Notes under the pieces: generated by a model
What the model saw: the letters and a program-made list of their open reading frames with translations, nothing else
Told to the model about the DNA's origin: nothing
Database searches by the model: none
Translations under genes and position numbers: made by a program
In this document: positions 9,085 to 20,033 of the stretch, in pieces
Numbering within the stretch: the first letter of the stretch is position 1
How the letters are laid out: every line of letters begins with the position of its first letter
Source: Alphaproteobacteria bacterium
GTDB lineage: Bacteria; Pseudomonadota; Alphaproteobacteria; UBA828
Direction of reading: 5' to 3'
Length of the DNA stretch: 64,000 nt
Assembly: GCA_965243315.1 (NCBI GenBank)
Contig: CBDEUP010000007.1
Span: 21,064-85,063 of the forward strand

Positions 9085-11487
9085 CTCGTGAAACCGGCTG
9101 TGCAGGATGCCGAATATCGTGTCGTCGTCGCGGGTGATGACGATCAACTGGTGATCGGGACACACGCCCGCATCGAGCCAGACGAACAGCCGATGCTTGG
9201 AAACCGTCGGGGTCGCGATGAAGCGAGGCAGACCATCGAGCGCCCGCCACATGCCCTGTCTCGGCTCGACATGCCGCCACCAGTTCAGGCGATACGCTTC
9301 CCGGCGGTTCCGCTGCCGCATCGGCCAAACATGTTCCCTTACGTGCGCGAAGGGTGCCTCGAAGAGCGCGGCATCCGCCTCCGTCATTTCCCAACCGAAA
9401 TCGACGATCCACTTGCCCGCCGGGCGGCGGGTCAGGTCCATGCCGTTGACCCAGGGCTTGAGCACATCGGCGTTTGTCCGCCCGTTCGGATTGGCCGGCA
9501 GGCGGAGCCACTCCCGAGCGAGATCGCCGGGAACGTCGAACGGCCCGCCCTTGGTGTCGCCCATAAAGGCGACCCCGATATTCCTCGGAATGCGCTTCGC
9601 CCCGATAAGGTCAATCCCGGCTCCGCCGCGACTGGCCGTAAGGTCGGAATGGATTTCGTCGGCGGGCTCACCATCCATGCGCGTCTCCGGCTTGTACGCG
9701 TCGTCCGGACCGGAGAAGCAGACCAGCGACACCCGCACCGCCGCACCGTCAATCACCCACGGCTCATCCGGCCAGGCATCGAAGATCGGGCGTCCGTCGG
9801 TCGCCGCCTGCAAGGCCCTGCGGTTCGCGCCGCCGCGTATGGAATTCGTGGCGACCAGCCCGACACGCTGCGTCGCGCCCGCCGCGACTTGCTCGCCCGC
9901 TTTCACGAACCAGTAGCAGACGAGATCGGCCTCGCGAGGTATGCGGCCCTGCCACGCCGCGAACATCCGCGAAACGTAGTCCTCGCCCAGCCCGCCGATC
10001 AGCAGCTTGCCGCCGAGAAACGGCGGGTTGCCAATCACGACATCGGCTTGCGGCCAGTCCGGTTGCCCAGCATCGGGCGAAAGGATCGCGTCCCGGCATT
10101 CGATGGTGTCGAGCGGGTCGAGAATCGGGTTGGTCGAATTGCTGAACCCGTTGCGACGCATCCACTGGATTTCACCGATCCACACCGACACGCGGGCAAG
10201 CTCGGCGGCGTAGGCGTTGATCTCGATGCCTGTGACGTTCGCAGGGCCGACGGCAGGAAACCCGCGCGCAAGGCCCAGCGTTTCCGCTTCGAGCTGAACC
10301 CGGTGCTCGATGTCCTTGAGCGCGTGCAGCGCGAGATAGAGGAAGTTCCCCGAGCCGCAAGCCGGATCGAGCACGGTGAATTTGCGCAGCCGTTCGAGGA
10401 AGGCGCGCAGCGCCCGGTCCGCCTGCCGCCGTAGCCGCGTCTGCGCCGCAGGCGAGCCCGCTGCATCGGCGCGCTCGACCATGGCCGCGAGCCCGGCCTT
10501 CGCCGCCTCCCATTCCGCGAGCAGCGGGCGGACGATCACCGGATCGACGATCCGCATGATCTTGTCGCGGTCGGTGTAATGCGCTCCAAGCTGCGAGCGC
10601 TTGTCCGGGTCGAGGCCGCGCTCGAACAGTGTGCCGAGAATCGACGGGTCGATCTCCGACCAGTCAAGCGCCGCCGCCTTGAGCGCCGTCTCGATCCCCT
10701 CCCGGTCGAGCGGCAACGCCGTTTCGTCGTCGAACAGCCCGCCGTTGAACCACGCCACCGGCTCGAACCCGACATCGCCGCCCGTCGCCATCGCGCCGAA
10801 CAGCCGTGAAGCGTAGTCCGCGAACTTCTCGGGGTCGCCTCGCGTGCGTTCCAACATCCGGGTGAACATGTTGCCGGGCAGCAGGCCCACATCCTCGGCG
10901 AACATGCAGAACACCAGACGGTTGACGAAGTGCGCGACCGTCTGCGGATCGTGGCCTCTGTCCCGCAAGCCTTGGGCAAGCTCCGCGAATGTCGCCGCCG
11001 CGCGCTCCGTCACCGTCTGCCGCGTCTCGCCGGGCCGCAGCCGCTCCGGGTCCGACATCGCCCACTTGAGCTTGTCGCGGGTCGCGCCGTCGGCGAGATC
11101 GTCGAGCGTGAACTCGTGCGTCACGCTCACGCTGTTCGTCCAGTTGGTGCGGATGCGGAACCGCGCCATGTCGGAGACGATCAGCAGCGGCGGGTTCTCC
11201 AGCGCGAGCGCGTACTGCCGCAACTGGTTGAACGCCGCGTCGAGGTCGGCGCGGCGGCCCTTGTACTCCCACGCGAAGCAGCCGCGCTTCCACACGTCGG
11301 CCCAGCCGTCGCCGCCGGTGTCCTTGCGCGCGCCGCGCTCGAAGCAGTACCGCTCGCCCGCCGGGTCGGCTTCCGCCGGCGTCGGTTCGCCGAGCAGCCG
11401 GCACAGGTCGATGAAGTGTTCCTGCGACGCCGAGCGTTCCTTCAGCTCCGATGCCCGCCACTTGGCGATGAACGCGCCCGGAGTCAT
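9085..11487 (-). pseudogene. N-terminal part of MmeI-like (type IIL/IIG) restriction-methyltransferase
   Basis: N-terminal ADV...EYK nuclease motif; GAHYT, LDPACGSGNFL, GNPPF (N6-adenine MTase); 953 aa when rejoined with 6659-7117. Confidence 0.9.
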
Positions 11488-12086
11488 TGTGCCGTCCGCG
11501 ACGACGAACTCACCGGTCGGCAGTGCCGACCGGTCGCGCGTTCGTATGGCGCGGCATCGTTCATCAACGCATGTCTCCTCGCACGCCTCCCGTTCCCGTC
11601 ACCATGCGGTCGCCCCGTGCGACGCGCAAGCTCGACTGCGGCGGCTTGGGCGCGGGCGACCGTTGAGCATTGAAGCGCGACGATGATCGCATGGCCGCAC
11701 CGATAGCCGCACGCGGTTCGCCGCACAATGCGAGAAGGGACCGACGGTCGGATGCCGCAGCGGGCACGACTTCGCGCCGGGCATCGTGCGCGCCGTCGCC
11801 GACAGCGCAGGCCGCACGAATGACCCGGCCAGTGCGCGGGTCGGTTTGCAATTGCTTCGCCGTCTCGTGCTTCCTACACTACCGGTCGGATGCCGCGCGG
11901 CGGTTCGTAGACCGTTCTCTCTCATGCGCGGCGGGCGCTGCCGCTCAAGCGCCGCTCGGGCTAAATGCCGGTTGCAAAACGGCTTTCATGTCCCGAGTGC
12001 TTGGGCGTCAAGGAAGCAGGATCGGGACGCCTTTCGGCGCGTCGGTCTCACACCCGACGCAGCCCGCTGCAAGACCCGCCAGCACC

Positions 12087-12108
12087 TACCCTTGAGTACC
12101 CTGGAGTG
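12087..12108 (+). promoter_or_regulatory. Tandem 10-bp motif (TACCCTTGAG-TACCCTGGAG), putative protein-binding site
   Basis: 20/22 identical to the reverse complement of 20012-20033; partial copy at 21590-21603. Confidence 0.55.
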
Positions 12109-12531
12109 CGCTCCAGCACCCCTGACGACGACAATGGCGGACAGCAGGAACGCGGAACGAGTGTATTCTCCGGCGCGATGCGCGGTTTTTCGTATCCCTG
12201 TCGTCCCCAAGGCATCTCCAGGGGCCTCCTGTCCATCACCGGTACACGTTCGCCTATCGCCCGATTGCCCCGCGCATGGCGATGCAATACGCTGGAAACA
12301 CGGATTGTGTGCGCCGGAATCCGCCGGATCGCCCCGCCGCGAGGACCGTCCGGGCGCGGTCTCCACCGTCGCCCGAGGGCTCGGCGATACCGTCGGCCGG
12401 GAGGCGGCGGAGAGCCGCGACGGCTGCGACAGGTGCGCTGATCCCCGGCCGGAAGCGTGGCAGGCGGAGCGGGATTCGGGTGTGGTCCTGGCCCGCGCCG
12501 GTCCCCGGCGAGGCCGAAAAGGAGCAGCGAA

Positions 12532-12918
12532 ATGGCACGAAGCGCTCGAAAAGCCGACGGAGAGTCGAACGAATCCGGCGAGCGCGCGGGCGATTTCCGC
12601 CGCTCGCGCACGATCCGGTTCTCCGATTCGGAGTGGCAACTGGTCGAGGACGCGGCCCTGCGCCACGGCATTCCGGCCAGCCAGCTCGTCCGCGCCGCGA
12701 CCCTCGCCGCCGCCGAGGAGCGTCTCGACCGGCCCGCCGGGACCGCGCTCTCGCCCGGTTATCTCGCGCTGATCGAGGACATCTACCGCGGCGTCTACCT
12801 GCTGACCACGCTTCGCCAGGAGGAACTGCTTGGCGAAAAGCGCAAGAAGCAGCTCGACAGCATCCTCAACGATGGGCGCCTGGCGATGGCGGACGCCCTC
12901 GGAGAGGGGCCAGCGTGA
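12532..12918 (+). CDS. Ribbon-helix-helix relaxosome accessory protein (MobC/TrwA-like)
   Basis: AGGAG RBS; RTIRFSDSEWQLVEDAALRHGIPASQLVR RHH pattern; same element as the relaxase. Confidence 0.65.
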   Translation: MARSARKADGESNESGERAGDFRRSRTIRFSDSEWQLVEDAALRHGIPASQLVRAATLAAAEERLDRPAGTALSPGYLALIEDIYRGVYLLTTLRQEELLGEKRKKQLDSILNDGRLAMADALGEGPA

Positions 12919-12941
12919 GGGAATTCGGGTCTTGTACGCCT

Positions 12942-13793
12942 TTATCCGGGAGCGACTTCGACCAGCAGCCGGCAATGGTCGCTCGATCCCCATTCGTCGA
13001 TTTCGTTCAGAGCACGCACCGAGATCCTTTCGTCGAAGCCGCGAGAAGCGAAGACGTAGTCGAGCTGACGGTTAGCCTCCTCCGGAGATTGCCTTGCGGT
13101 GCGGTAGGTCGGGACGTTCCGCGTATCCGCGGGAACATCGGGTTGAGGCGACGCCGCCGGCCGCCCGTTCGGCGTCTGCGGCCCGAGGAACGCCAAGCCG
13201 AGCGCTTCGAAGCGGTCCCAGACCGTGCGCTCCCGTTCAACCCACGATAGCCTCCGGCCAGTCGCCCCGTGGAACATGTTGAGATCGCCCGCGGCGAGTA
13301 TACGGTGTCGCGACGGGTCTTCGTAATCGATGAAGGTCGACAGGTCCGAGAGGATGCGGTGCGCCGAAACATCGGAAACAATCCCGGGGTTTTTTCCGGT
13401 GTAAGGATTGGCCTTGATCCAAGCAGCGTACATGGACACCGCCACGAACGCCTCCTGCGGTCGGCCGCGTGGCGCTACTCTCGCGGCAGCCATGGTGCCG
13501 ATGCCGCTCACTCCGACCTCGCGCACCCCGAAGCCTCCGGCCTTTGGAGGTACTTGCCGGAGCCATTCGACTTCGACCCGCTCGGACAAACGCACGACCA
13601 GCGGCCACCGGTCGCACAAGCTCCGGTCCCAGCCGATGTCATTCTCGTAGCGGAACAGGTGCGCGAGATCGCCAGGCGAGTTTCCGGCCTCCTGCAAAAG
13701 CGCCACATCAGCCTCTCCCCGCCGAGCCATCTCCGCCAGCTCGCGCCACGGTTCGCTTCGCTTGGCGATGTTCCAGCTCACGACCCTGATCAT
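12942..13793 (-). CDS. Endonuclease/exonuclease/phosphatase (EEP) family protein
   Basis: VVSWNI, LLQE, AGDLN, QLDYVF, SSDH motifs. Confidence 0.88.
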   Translation of the reverse strand: MIRVVSWNIAKRSEPWRELAEMARRGEADVALLQEAGNSPGDLAHLFRYENDIGWDRSLCDRWPLVVRLSERVEVEWLRQVPPKAGGFGVREVGVSGIGTMAAARVAPRGRPQEAFVAVSMYAAWIKANPYTGKNPGIVSDVSAHRILSDLSTFIDYEDPSRHRILAAGDLNMFHGATGRRLSWVERERTVWDRFEALGLAFLGPQTPNGRPAASPQPDVPADTRNVPTYRTARQSPEEANRQLDYVFASRGFDERISVRALNEIDEWGSSDHCRLLVEVAPG

Positions 13794-13993
13794 CCGTTGG
13801 CTCCCTCTTCGATTCCAAGGCACGCGCGGCGCGGTGCGACACGACGACATGAGCGTGTTCGGTACTTGCGTATCTGCACACCGCACGGAGAAAGCAGCCA
13901 CCGCAGACCGAACTTTCTCTCTCACCATATAGGGAGTCATTGCACAAAGACGTCTGGACGTCTAACATGGCCGCTTTCTCGGAGGACGATGGA

Positions 13994-15175
13994 GTGCCGA
14001 ATTTGAAACGCTCACCCGGCACCGTGCGAGACGCGATTGTCTCTTGTCTCGGATCGACTCGCGGCGACGCGAGTGTTTCGGACATCAGACGGTCGGTCGA
14101 GGAAAGGATAGGGGACGTGCCCGCGTCATCCGTGCGCTCGTATCTCAGGCTCCGCCCGGACATGTTCGAGCGGACGCGGCATGGCCGGTATCGGCTCAAA
14201 CGGGAACGAGACTTACCTACGACCGCCCCCCAGGGCAACCCGAGCGGGAGTATCGAACCGGTGCTGCGTCACGGCAAAGCGACGCTGTATCGAGCCGACT
14301 GCTTCGACTGGCTGGAACAACGGGAGGAAAACAGCATCCATGCGGTGATCACCGACCCTCCCTACGGCCTTGTCGAATACACGGAAGTCGAGCAGCGCAA
14401 GCTCCGGGCAGGCAAAGGGGGGGTATGGCGCATCCCCCCGTCCTTCGACGGCCATCGCCGGTCTCCGCTACCGCGTTTCACGACTCTGGGCCCGGCTGAT
14501 CTCGAATACATGCGCGAATTCTTCATGCGCTTCGGGAGATCGATATCCCGGGTCCTCGTTCCCGGAGCCCATCTATTCGTCGCCTCGAATCCGCTCGTAA
14601 CGCACATCGTCGCCTCGGCACTCGCGGACACCGGTCTCGAGAGCCGGGGAATGATCTTCCGCCTGGTCATGACCATGCGCGGCGGCGATCGCCCCAAGAA
14701 CGCGCACGAAGAATTTTCCGATATCACCGTCATGCCGCGCTCGATGGCCGAGCCTTGGCTCCTGTTCCGCAATCCGATCGAAGGGCGCGTGCAGGACAAC
14801 CTGCGGAAATGGGGCACCGGTGGGCTGCGGAGGAAATCGGAACGCCAACCGTTCGGAGACGTGATCGAGTCTCATCCCACACGGCCAGCGGAACGGCGGC
14901 TGGCGCCACATCCCTCACTGAAGCCGCAGGCATTTCTGCGGCAACTGGTGCGCGCTGCGTTGCCGCTCCAGAAAGGCGTGATCCTCGACCCCTTCGCCGG
15001 CTCCGGGTCCACCCTCGCGGCGGCGAATCACCTTGACCGACACAGCATCGGCGTGGAGCTGTCGTCGGACTACATCGAAATAGCGACCGCCGCGATCCCG
15101 AAGCTGGAGGCCATCAGGTGTCCAGATACACCCAGCTCCGGCGGAGCTTCCGAATGCCATGTCTGTCGAGGGTAG
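13994..15175 (+). CDS. DNA amino-methyltransferase (beta class, N4C/N6A) with N-terminal HTH-like extension
   Basis: TDPPY precedes HPSLKP and LDPFAGSGST; GTG start after GGAGG (ATG at 13967 is an alternative). Confidence 0.88.
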   Translation: MPNLKRSPGTVRDAIVSCLGSTRGDASVSDIRRSVEERIGDVPASSVRSYLRLRPDMFERTRHGRYRLKRERDLPTTAPQGNPSGSIEPVLRHGKATLYRADCFDWLEQREENSIHAVITDPPYGLVEYTEVEQRKLRAGKGGVWRIPPSFDGHRRSPLPRFTTLGPADLEYMREFFMRFGRSISRVLVPGAHLFVASNPLVTHIVASALADTGLESRGMIFRLVMTMRGGDRPKNAHEEFSDITVMPRSMAEPWLLFRNPIEGRVQDNLRKWGTGGLRRKSERQPFGDVIESHPTRPAERRLAPHPSLKPQAFLRQLVRAALPLQKGVILDPFAGSGSTLAAANHLDRHSIGVELSSDYIEIATAAIPKLEAIRCPDTPSSGGASECHVCRG

Positions 15176-15716
15176 CGGTTCGCGTTCCCAGTTCGCTCCG
15201 GGAATTCCTGCGGAAGTCCTCGATCGCGACATGGCCGAGATATACCTCGGTGAATATCATCGGCGCGCGCTCGGCGGCAGGCTCGGATTCGTTGTCCACC
15301 TTGTAGACGAAGACGCACATCCATTGCTCCCGCGCCCCGTGCGTATCGACGGCCCCGCCCGCTTTTCGGGTGCTCTTGATCTCGACGCCTTCCTCCCCGG
15401 CCTTCACCGCGTCGTTCGCATAAAGGCCATTTACGATGAGATCCGGATGCCCGTTGTGGTACCTGTTCTCAACCAGCACGCGCGAGTGCCGCGCCATGCT
15501 CGCCGTGATCATGTCGGAGATGAGCCCTGACATCGCCGCGGGCCTCAGCATGTCGTCCAGCCGATTCAATCCCCTGTCCACGAGGTGCCTGTTCACATCG
15601 AAGAAGAAGTCGTAGACGTCCTGCATCACCAGCCCGAAATCTTCCCGCCGAAGCATGTAGGGAAGTTCCGCATCCGGGTTGAATTTGCTGGGGTCGGGAG
15701 CTTGACGTTCAGGCAT
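15114..15716 (-). CDS. Putative type II restriction endonuclease (PD-(D/E)XK)
   Basis: HPDL...VEIKST; convergent with the MTase and overlapping it by 62 nt. Confidence 0.7.
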   Translation of the reverse strand: MPERQAPDPSKFNPDAELPYMLRREDFGLVMQDVYDFFFDVNRHLVDRGLNRLDDMLRPAAMSGLISDMITASMARHSRVLVENRYHNGHPDLIVNGLYANDAVKAGEEGVEIKSTRKAGGAVDTHGAREQWMCVFVYKVDNESEPAAERAPMIFTEVYLGHVAIEDFRRNSRSELGTRTATLDRHGIRKLRRSWVYLDT

Positions 15717-16097
15717 CGACGAGACAACCGGGTTAACCATCTGGTGGCATGCGCTGCTCACCGATCTTCGGGCACCCCGCCGCGCCGATAGCGACGGTCA
15801 GTCTGACGAAGACCGATCCTGGAATTGACGCACATAGCGGTCCTCCGGGCAAGATCCATCGCCGGGTCACTCACATCCGACCATCTTGGACTCCGGCGTC
15901 GAAGCCCGTCAGCTTCGGTCACGAGCCGACAACCGCGCTCCGGCGGACGCTTTACGTACGCATCCGCCGCCGCACCCAAGCCGTCGCGGCGGTCGCGCGT
16001 CCAGCCGGCGGAGCCGTTGGCATTGTCGCCACCGCGATCCACATCCTGCTTTCTCTCACCAGCTCCAGGCGGCCGGGAGATATGCGGGCGGCGGCGT

Positions 16098-19000
16098 CTA
16101 CAGCCCGAGATCCATCTCGCGCACCTTCGTCTTCGCCGGCGGCTCGGGCTCGGGCGCCTTGCGCTGCGGCGCCTCGCGGCCGATTTCGCGGTCCGGAGCA
16201 GCGGGCGCGGCCCTGTCGCGAACCGGCCCTGCCTTCTCTCGGGCGGCCTTGTCGTCGCGCTCGCGGACCACTTCGACCTGCCGGATCGCGGAGTCCTCGG
16301 CCCGGTCGCGGGCGCGTTCCCTGCCGTCCGATCCGGCTTCCCGGCCCGCCTCGCGTCGCGTGCGCACATCCTCGCCGATGCCTTCGAGGGCCGAGATGCG
16401 CTCGCCGGTGACCGCTTCGAGCCGTTCCTTGAGCGCGGCCGCATCGTCGGTCACCAGCTCCGCCCGGTCGCGGGCGCGGCTGATTTCGACGTAGAGGTAT
16501 TTCTGCGTGGTCAGCGCCGGATGGTTCGCTTCCATCGCGGCAATGACATTATCGACGGTGCGGCCCTGGAACGCATGCACGGTCGAGCACCAGGCGCGAT
16601 CCAGATGGCGAAGCTGCGGGTCGCCCGGCATCAGCGTGAGCCTGCGCCCGTCCTCCAGACGGAACGTCACCCGCCCGTTGCGGATGCCCATCACCTCGGC
16701 CGCGCCGCTGTTGACCAGCCCGAGGCCCTTGTCGTTTCGCGTCCAGCGGATGCGGTCGCCCGCGCGGAGCTCGATGCACTCGCGGCGGTAGACCTCCGTT
16801 CCGCCCTTGCGCCCGCCGATTTCGGACGGCTTCCAGGCGACAATCCCGCCGCCCGGCGCTTCCAGAAGCACGGTGCGCTCCCTGCGGTCGACGCCGGCGA
16901 CGCGGCGTTCCTCGCCCTTGGCGACGCCGATCCGCTTGTAGGAACGGTGGAACGCGACCACGTCGCCCGGTGCGTAGTTGGCCGCGAGCGACTTCTCCGC
17001 GTTGGTGTAGCCTTTGGAGACCAGCCGCGCGGTCTCCATGGCGGGACCCGCGATGCGGCCCTCGCGCACCAGGCGCTCGCGGATATGGCCGTTGATCCCC
17101 TCGCGCAGCGCGTGGCTCGGCGCCATGACGCCGGTGCGCTCGCGTTCTTCATGGGAGAGTTTCAGCCAGCGCGCGGCAACCGCGCCGGCAATGTTGTCGG
17201 CCTTCACTTCCGCAACATTGGAGCCGAGCTTCTCGAACGCCTTGCCGATTTCGCCCGCGAGGCTCGCCTCGACGGCGGCCTTCAGGTCGGGGTCGCGCTG
17301 GCGCAGGATCTCGTCCATCGCCGCGGTCTTCATGCCGGCGGCCTGGAGCTGGGCGAAGGGCTTGCCGGCATCCACCGCGTCGAGCTGCTTCGCATCGCCC
17401 ACCAGCACCAGCTTCGGGACGCGCAACGCGCCCGCGATCCGCAGCAGGTCGCGCGCCTGGACGGTCGAGGCCAGCGAGCCCTCGTCCACCACCAGCACGG
17501 TCTTGGCGAACGCCGCGCGCATTTCCTTCGCGCCCGTCTTCGTCAGCCGGCCCTCGGCGACGCCCGTGTTGCGGGCGAGGAAGCGTTGCAGGGTTTCGCT
17601 CTCGATGCCGGATTCGGCGTTGAGCGTGTTCGCCGCCGAGGCCGAGGGCGCGAGCCCCACCATGCGCCAGCCCTTCTTCTCGGCGAGCGTTCTCGCGCGC
17701 GCGAGCATCTTCGTCTTGCCCGTGCCCGCGTAGCCCTGGACACCCACCGTTCTGTCCTTCTCGCACAGGATGAGCTTGACCGCCTGTTTCTGCCCGGCGG
17801 TGAGCGGCCCCTTGCGCAGGTGCCGCTCGACCATCCAGCCCCGCATCGGCGCCTTGCCGCGCCGTTCGCCGCCGCGCATCAGCGCGACCGTCTCGCGCTC
17901 CTCCGCCAGCGCCTTGTCGGTGGTGAGACCGCCGCCGCCTTCGAGGGCCGGCGCATCGTGAAGCCGGCCCTCGCGCTTGAGGCCGGCCACGGCCCGCTCG
18001 ATATCGCCGATGGACGCCGCGCCGGGCTCGAAGGCCAGCGCGGCCGCCAGCAGATCGGTATTCGAGAACACCGCGTCGCGCTCCGAGAGATGGGCCAGCG
18101 CCCAGTCCGCCGCCGCGCGCGCGGGGTCCGCCTTCGCGGCATGCTCGAACAGGTCCGGCTGGCGCGGCGCAGCGGTAGGGCTGTTCTTTCCCGGTTGGGT
18201 TTCACGCGCCTTGTCCGCCCCATGGCGTTCCATCGCCGCGGCGACCAGCCCCCTGGCGTCGAAGCCGAGGGCGGCGGCCTGCTTCTCCCACGTCTCGCGC
18301 AGCGCGTCGCGGTCGACCTCGCGCTTGGCCGCGCGGGTCATCAGCGCCGCCCGCCGGGCGAGATGCGGGTTCTCCGCCGTCGTGCCGAGGCCCCGCCCTT
18401 CCATCGCCGCCTCGATTTCCGCGCGCCTTGTCGAAAATGCCTCCACGGTCTCGCACGAGACACCGGCAATCTCGAACCGCCCGTCGGCATGGGTCTTATC
18501 TATGGAGTAGCCGAGCCGCGCCAGCTCGCCGGCCAGCGCGTTGCGGTAGAGCGCCCCCAGCGCCATCTTCGAGGCGTAGAGTCGCTCGTTGGCCATGGTG
18601 CGCCATTTGCCGTCCGGGCCGAGCAGCATGTTGGCGATCACCGAGTGCGTGTGCAGCGCGGGATCGAGGTTCCGGGAGGTGTCATGCCGGAAGGTGGCGA
18701 TCACCGTCTTCTGATCGCCGGCCCGCACCATGCGCCCGCCTGCCCGGGCCTGGCCCGGACCCGATCCGGGCTCCTGCATCCGGGTCTCGGCGGCGTTCCT
18801 CTCGAACCAGTCGAGCGCGCCCGCCACCGCGCGGTCGTGGGCGTCCACGATCCGCTCGTCACCGCCGACCAGCGCGGCCAGGGACACGCTCTTGGGCGCG
18901 CTGAAGGTCAGGTCGCGGCCGGGGCGGTGATGGATCTCGCCCTCCTTGCCGCGCTTGCCGAGCCGTTTGCCGGAGCCGTCCGGAACCTCGCCCTCCAGCA

Positions 19001-19175
19001 CCGCCCGGAAGGTATCCGGGTCCACCGGGCCTTCGAGCCCGAGCGCGGCCGCGCCCCTGCCGGCCCAGGCGCTCGCCGCCCTGTGCTCGTCGGAATCCTT
19101 CGCGTAGTAGGAGTCCTTCTCGTAGTAGCTCACCCCCTGCGCGGGCGAGGCCACCGCGCCGATCGAGGCGACCAT
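16098..19175 (-). CDS. trwC: MOBF conjugative relaxase-helicase (TrwC/TraI-like)
   Basis: YY-X4-YY, DLTFSAPKSVS, HDTSRNLDPALHTH, helicase GYAGTGKT, VVDE, STVHAFQG. Confidence 0.92.
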   Translation of the reverse strand: MVASIGAVASPAQGVSYYEKDSYYAKDSDEHRAASAWAGRGAAALGLEGPVDPDTFRAVLEGEVPDGSGKRLGKRGKEGEIHHRPGRDLTFSAPKSVSLAALVGGDERIVDAHDRAVAGALDWFERNAAETRMQEPGSGPGQARAGGRMVRAGDQKTVIATFRHDTSRNLDPALHTHSVIANMLLGPDGKWRTMANERLYASKMALGALYRNALAGELARLGYSIDKTHADGRFEIAGVSCETVEAFSTRRAEIEAAMEGRGLGTTAENPHLARRAALMTRAAKREVDRDALRETWEKQAAALGFDARGLVAAAMERHGADKARETQPGKNSPTAAPRQPDLFEHAAKADPARAAADWALAHLSERDAVFSNTDLLAAALAFEPGAASIGDIERAVAGLKREGRLHDAPALEGGGGLTTDKALAEERETVALMRGGERRGKAPMRGWMVERHLRKGPLTAGQKQAVKLILCEKDRTVGVQGYAGTGKTKMLARARTLAEKKGWRMVGLAPSASAANTLNAESGIESETLQRFLARNTGVAEGRLTKTGAKEMRAAFAKTVLVVDEGSLASTVQARDLLRIAGALRVPKLVLVGDAKQLDAVDAGKPFAQLQAAGMKTAAMDEILRQRDPDLKAAVEASLAGEIGKAFEKLGSNVAEVKADNIAGAVAARWLKLSHEERERTGVMAPSHALREGINGHIRERLVREGRIAGPAMETARLVSKGYTNAEKSLAANYAPGDVVAFHRSYKRIGVAKGEERRVAGVDRRERTVLLEAPGGGIVAWKPSEIGGRKGGTEVYRRECIELRAGDRIRWTRNDKGLGLVNSGAAEVMGIRNGRVTFRLEDGRRLTLMPGDPQLRHLDRAWCSTVHAFQGRTVDNVIAAMEANHPALTTQKYLYVEISRARDRAELVTDDAAALKERLEAVTGERISALEGIGEDVRTRREAGREAGSDGRERARDRAEDSAIRQVEVVRERDDKAAREKAGPVRDRAAPAAPDREIGREAPQRKAPEPEPPAKTKVREMDLGL

Positions 19176-19831
19176 CAGAACCAGCGTCCGCGCGGACGGG
19201 CAGGCGGCTCATACGCCTCTTCGGGCTCCGCGTCGGCGGGCGGTTCGGGCGAGGGGACGGAACCGTTCGGGCGGGACCCGCGATCGGGCGGAACGGTCGA
19301 AACGGCACGTCCCGGTTCCGGGGCGAGCGCCGCCGGGGCGGCTCTCGCCGGCACACGGTTCGGTTCGTGCGCCGCATACGGCGGAACGCCCTCGATAAAG
19401 CCGGGCCGGCGCTCCGCGGCCAGAGACCGCCGCGCAGCCGCCCCCGATACCCCCGCCGCTTCGTGCCGCGCCAGGTTCAGCAGGCCCGACAGCGTGAACA
19501 CCGCCACGAATCCCGCGATGGCGCCGAGCAGGATGTTGTCGCCGATGACGGCGAGGATGAGGCTCCGCGACTCCCGCGCCGCCGGATAGGTCGCCACGCC
19601 GTCGCGGAGCCACGTCACGGTCCTGCCGTCCGCCAGCCGGTATTTCGTCGATGCGCGCTCGTCGAAGCCGACGGCGATCAGCGCCTGCGCCACGCTCACC
19701 TTGCGCGCGGCATACCAGTCGTGGGCATCCGTGTAGCGCATCAGCGCCAGCGAAGGCAGCAGCAGCGCCGTCGCGGCCGCCCCCAGCGCCCCCAGCACCA
19801 GCGCCCGGCGCAGCCGGTCGAGGTCGATCAT
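19175..19831 (-). CDS. Two-TM membrane protein coupled to the relaxase (possible coupling-protein N-terminal remnant)
   Basis: TGATG stop/start overlap with the relaxase; two hydrophobic segments; no ATPase motifs. Confidence 0.55.
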   Translation of the reverse strand: MIDLDRLRRALVLGALGAAATALLLPSLALMRYTDAHDWYAARKVSVAQALIAVGFDERASTKYRLADGRTVTWLRDGVATYPAARESRSLILAVIGDNILLGAIAGFVAVFTLSGLLNLARHEAAGVSGAAARRSLAAERRPGFIEGVPPYAAHEPNRVPARAAPAALAPEPGRAVSTVPPDRGSRPNGSVPSPEPPADAEPEEAYEPPARPRGRWF

Positions 19832-20011
19832 CGGCCCCGGCCCCGGAGCCGCCGGCAAGCGTCCGGTCGTGCGCGGCGGAGCGCGAACATCCCGTCAGCA
19901 TCGGTGTCCGAGCCGTCGCGATGGAGGGTATCGAGCGCGGCCATGGACACAAGGATAGGACCGCCACGAAGCCCCGCAAGCCCTCGCCTGTAGGCGGTTT
20001 ACCGCGAATCA

Positions 20012-20033
20012 TACTCCAGGGTACTCAGGGGTA
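20012..20033 (-). promoter_or_regulatory. Second copy of the tandem 10-bp motif, upstream of the relaxase operon
   Basis: Reverse complement TACCCCTGAGTACCCTGGAGTA matches 12087-12108. Confidence 0.55.

Noticed and set aside
15825-19589. 1254-aa + strand ORF and similar long antisense ORFs (1647-3170, 26187-28223, 38378-40666)
   Set aside because: Shadows of real genes on the opposite strand in GC-rich DNA.
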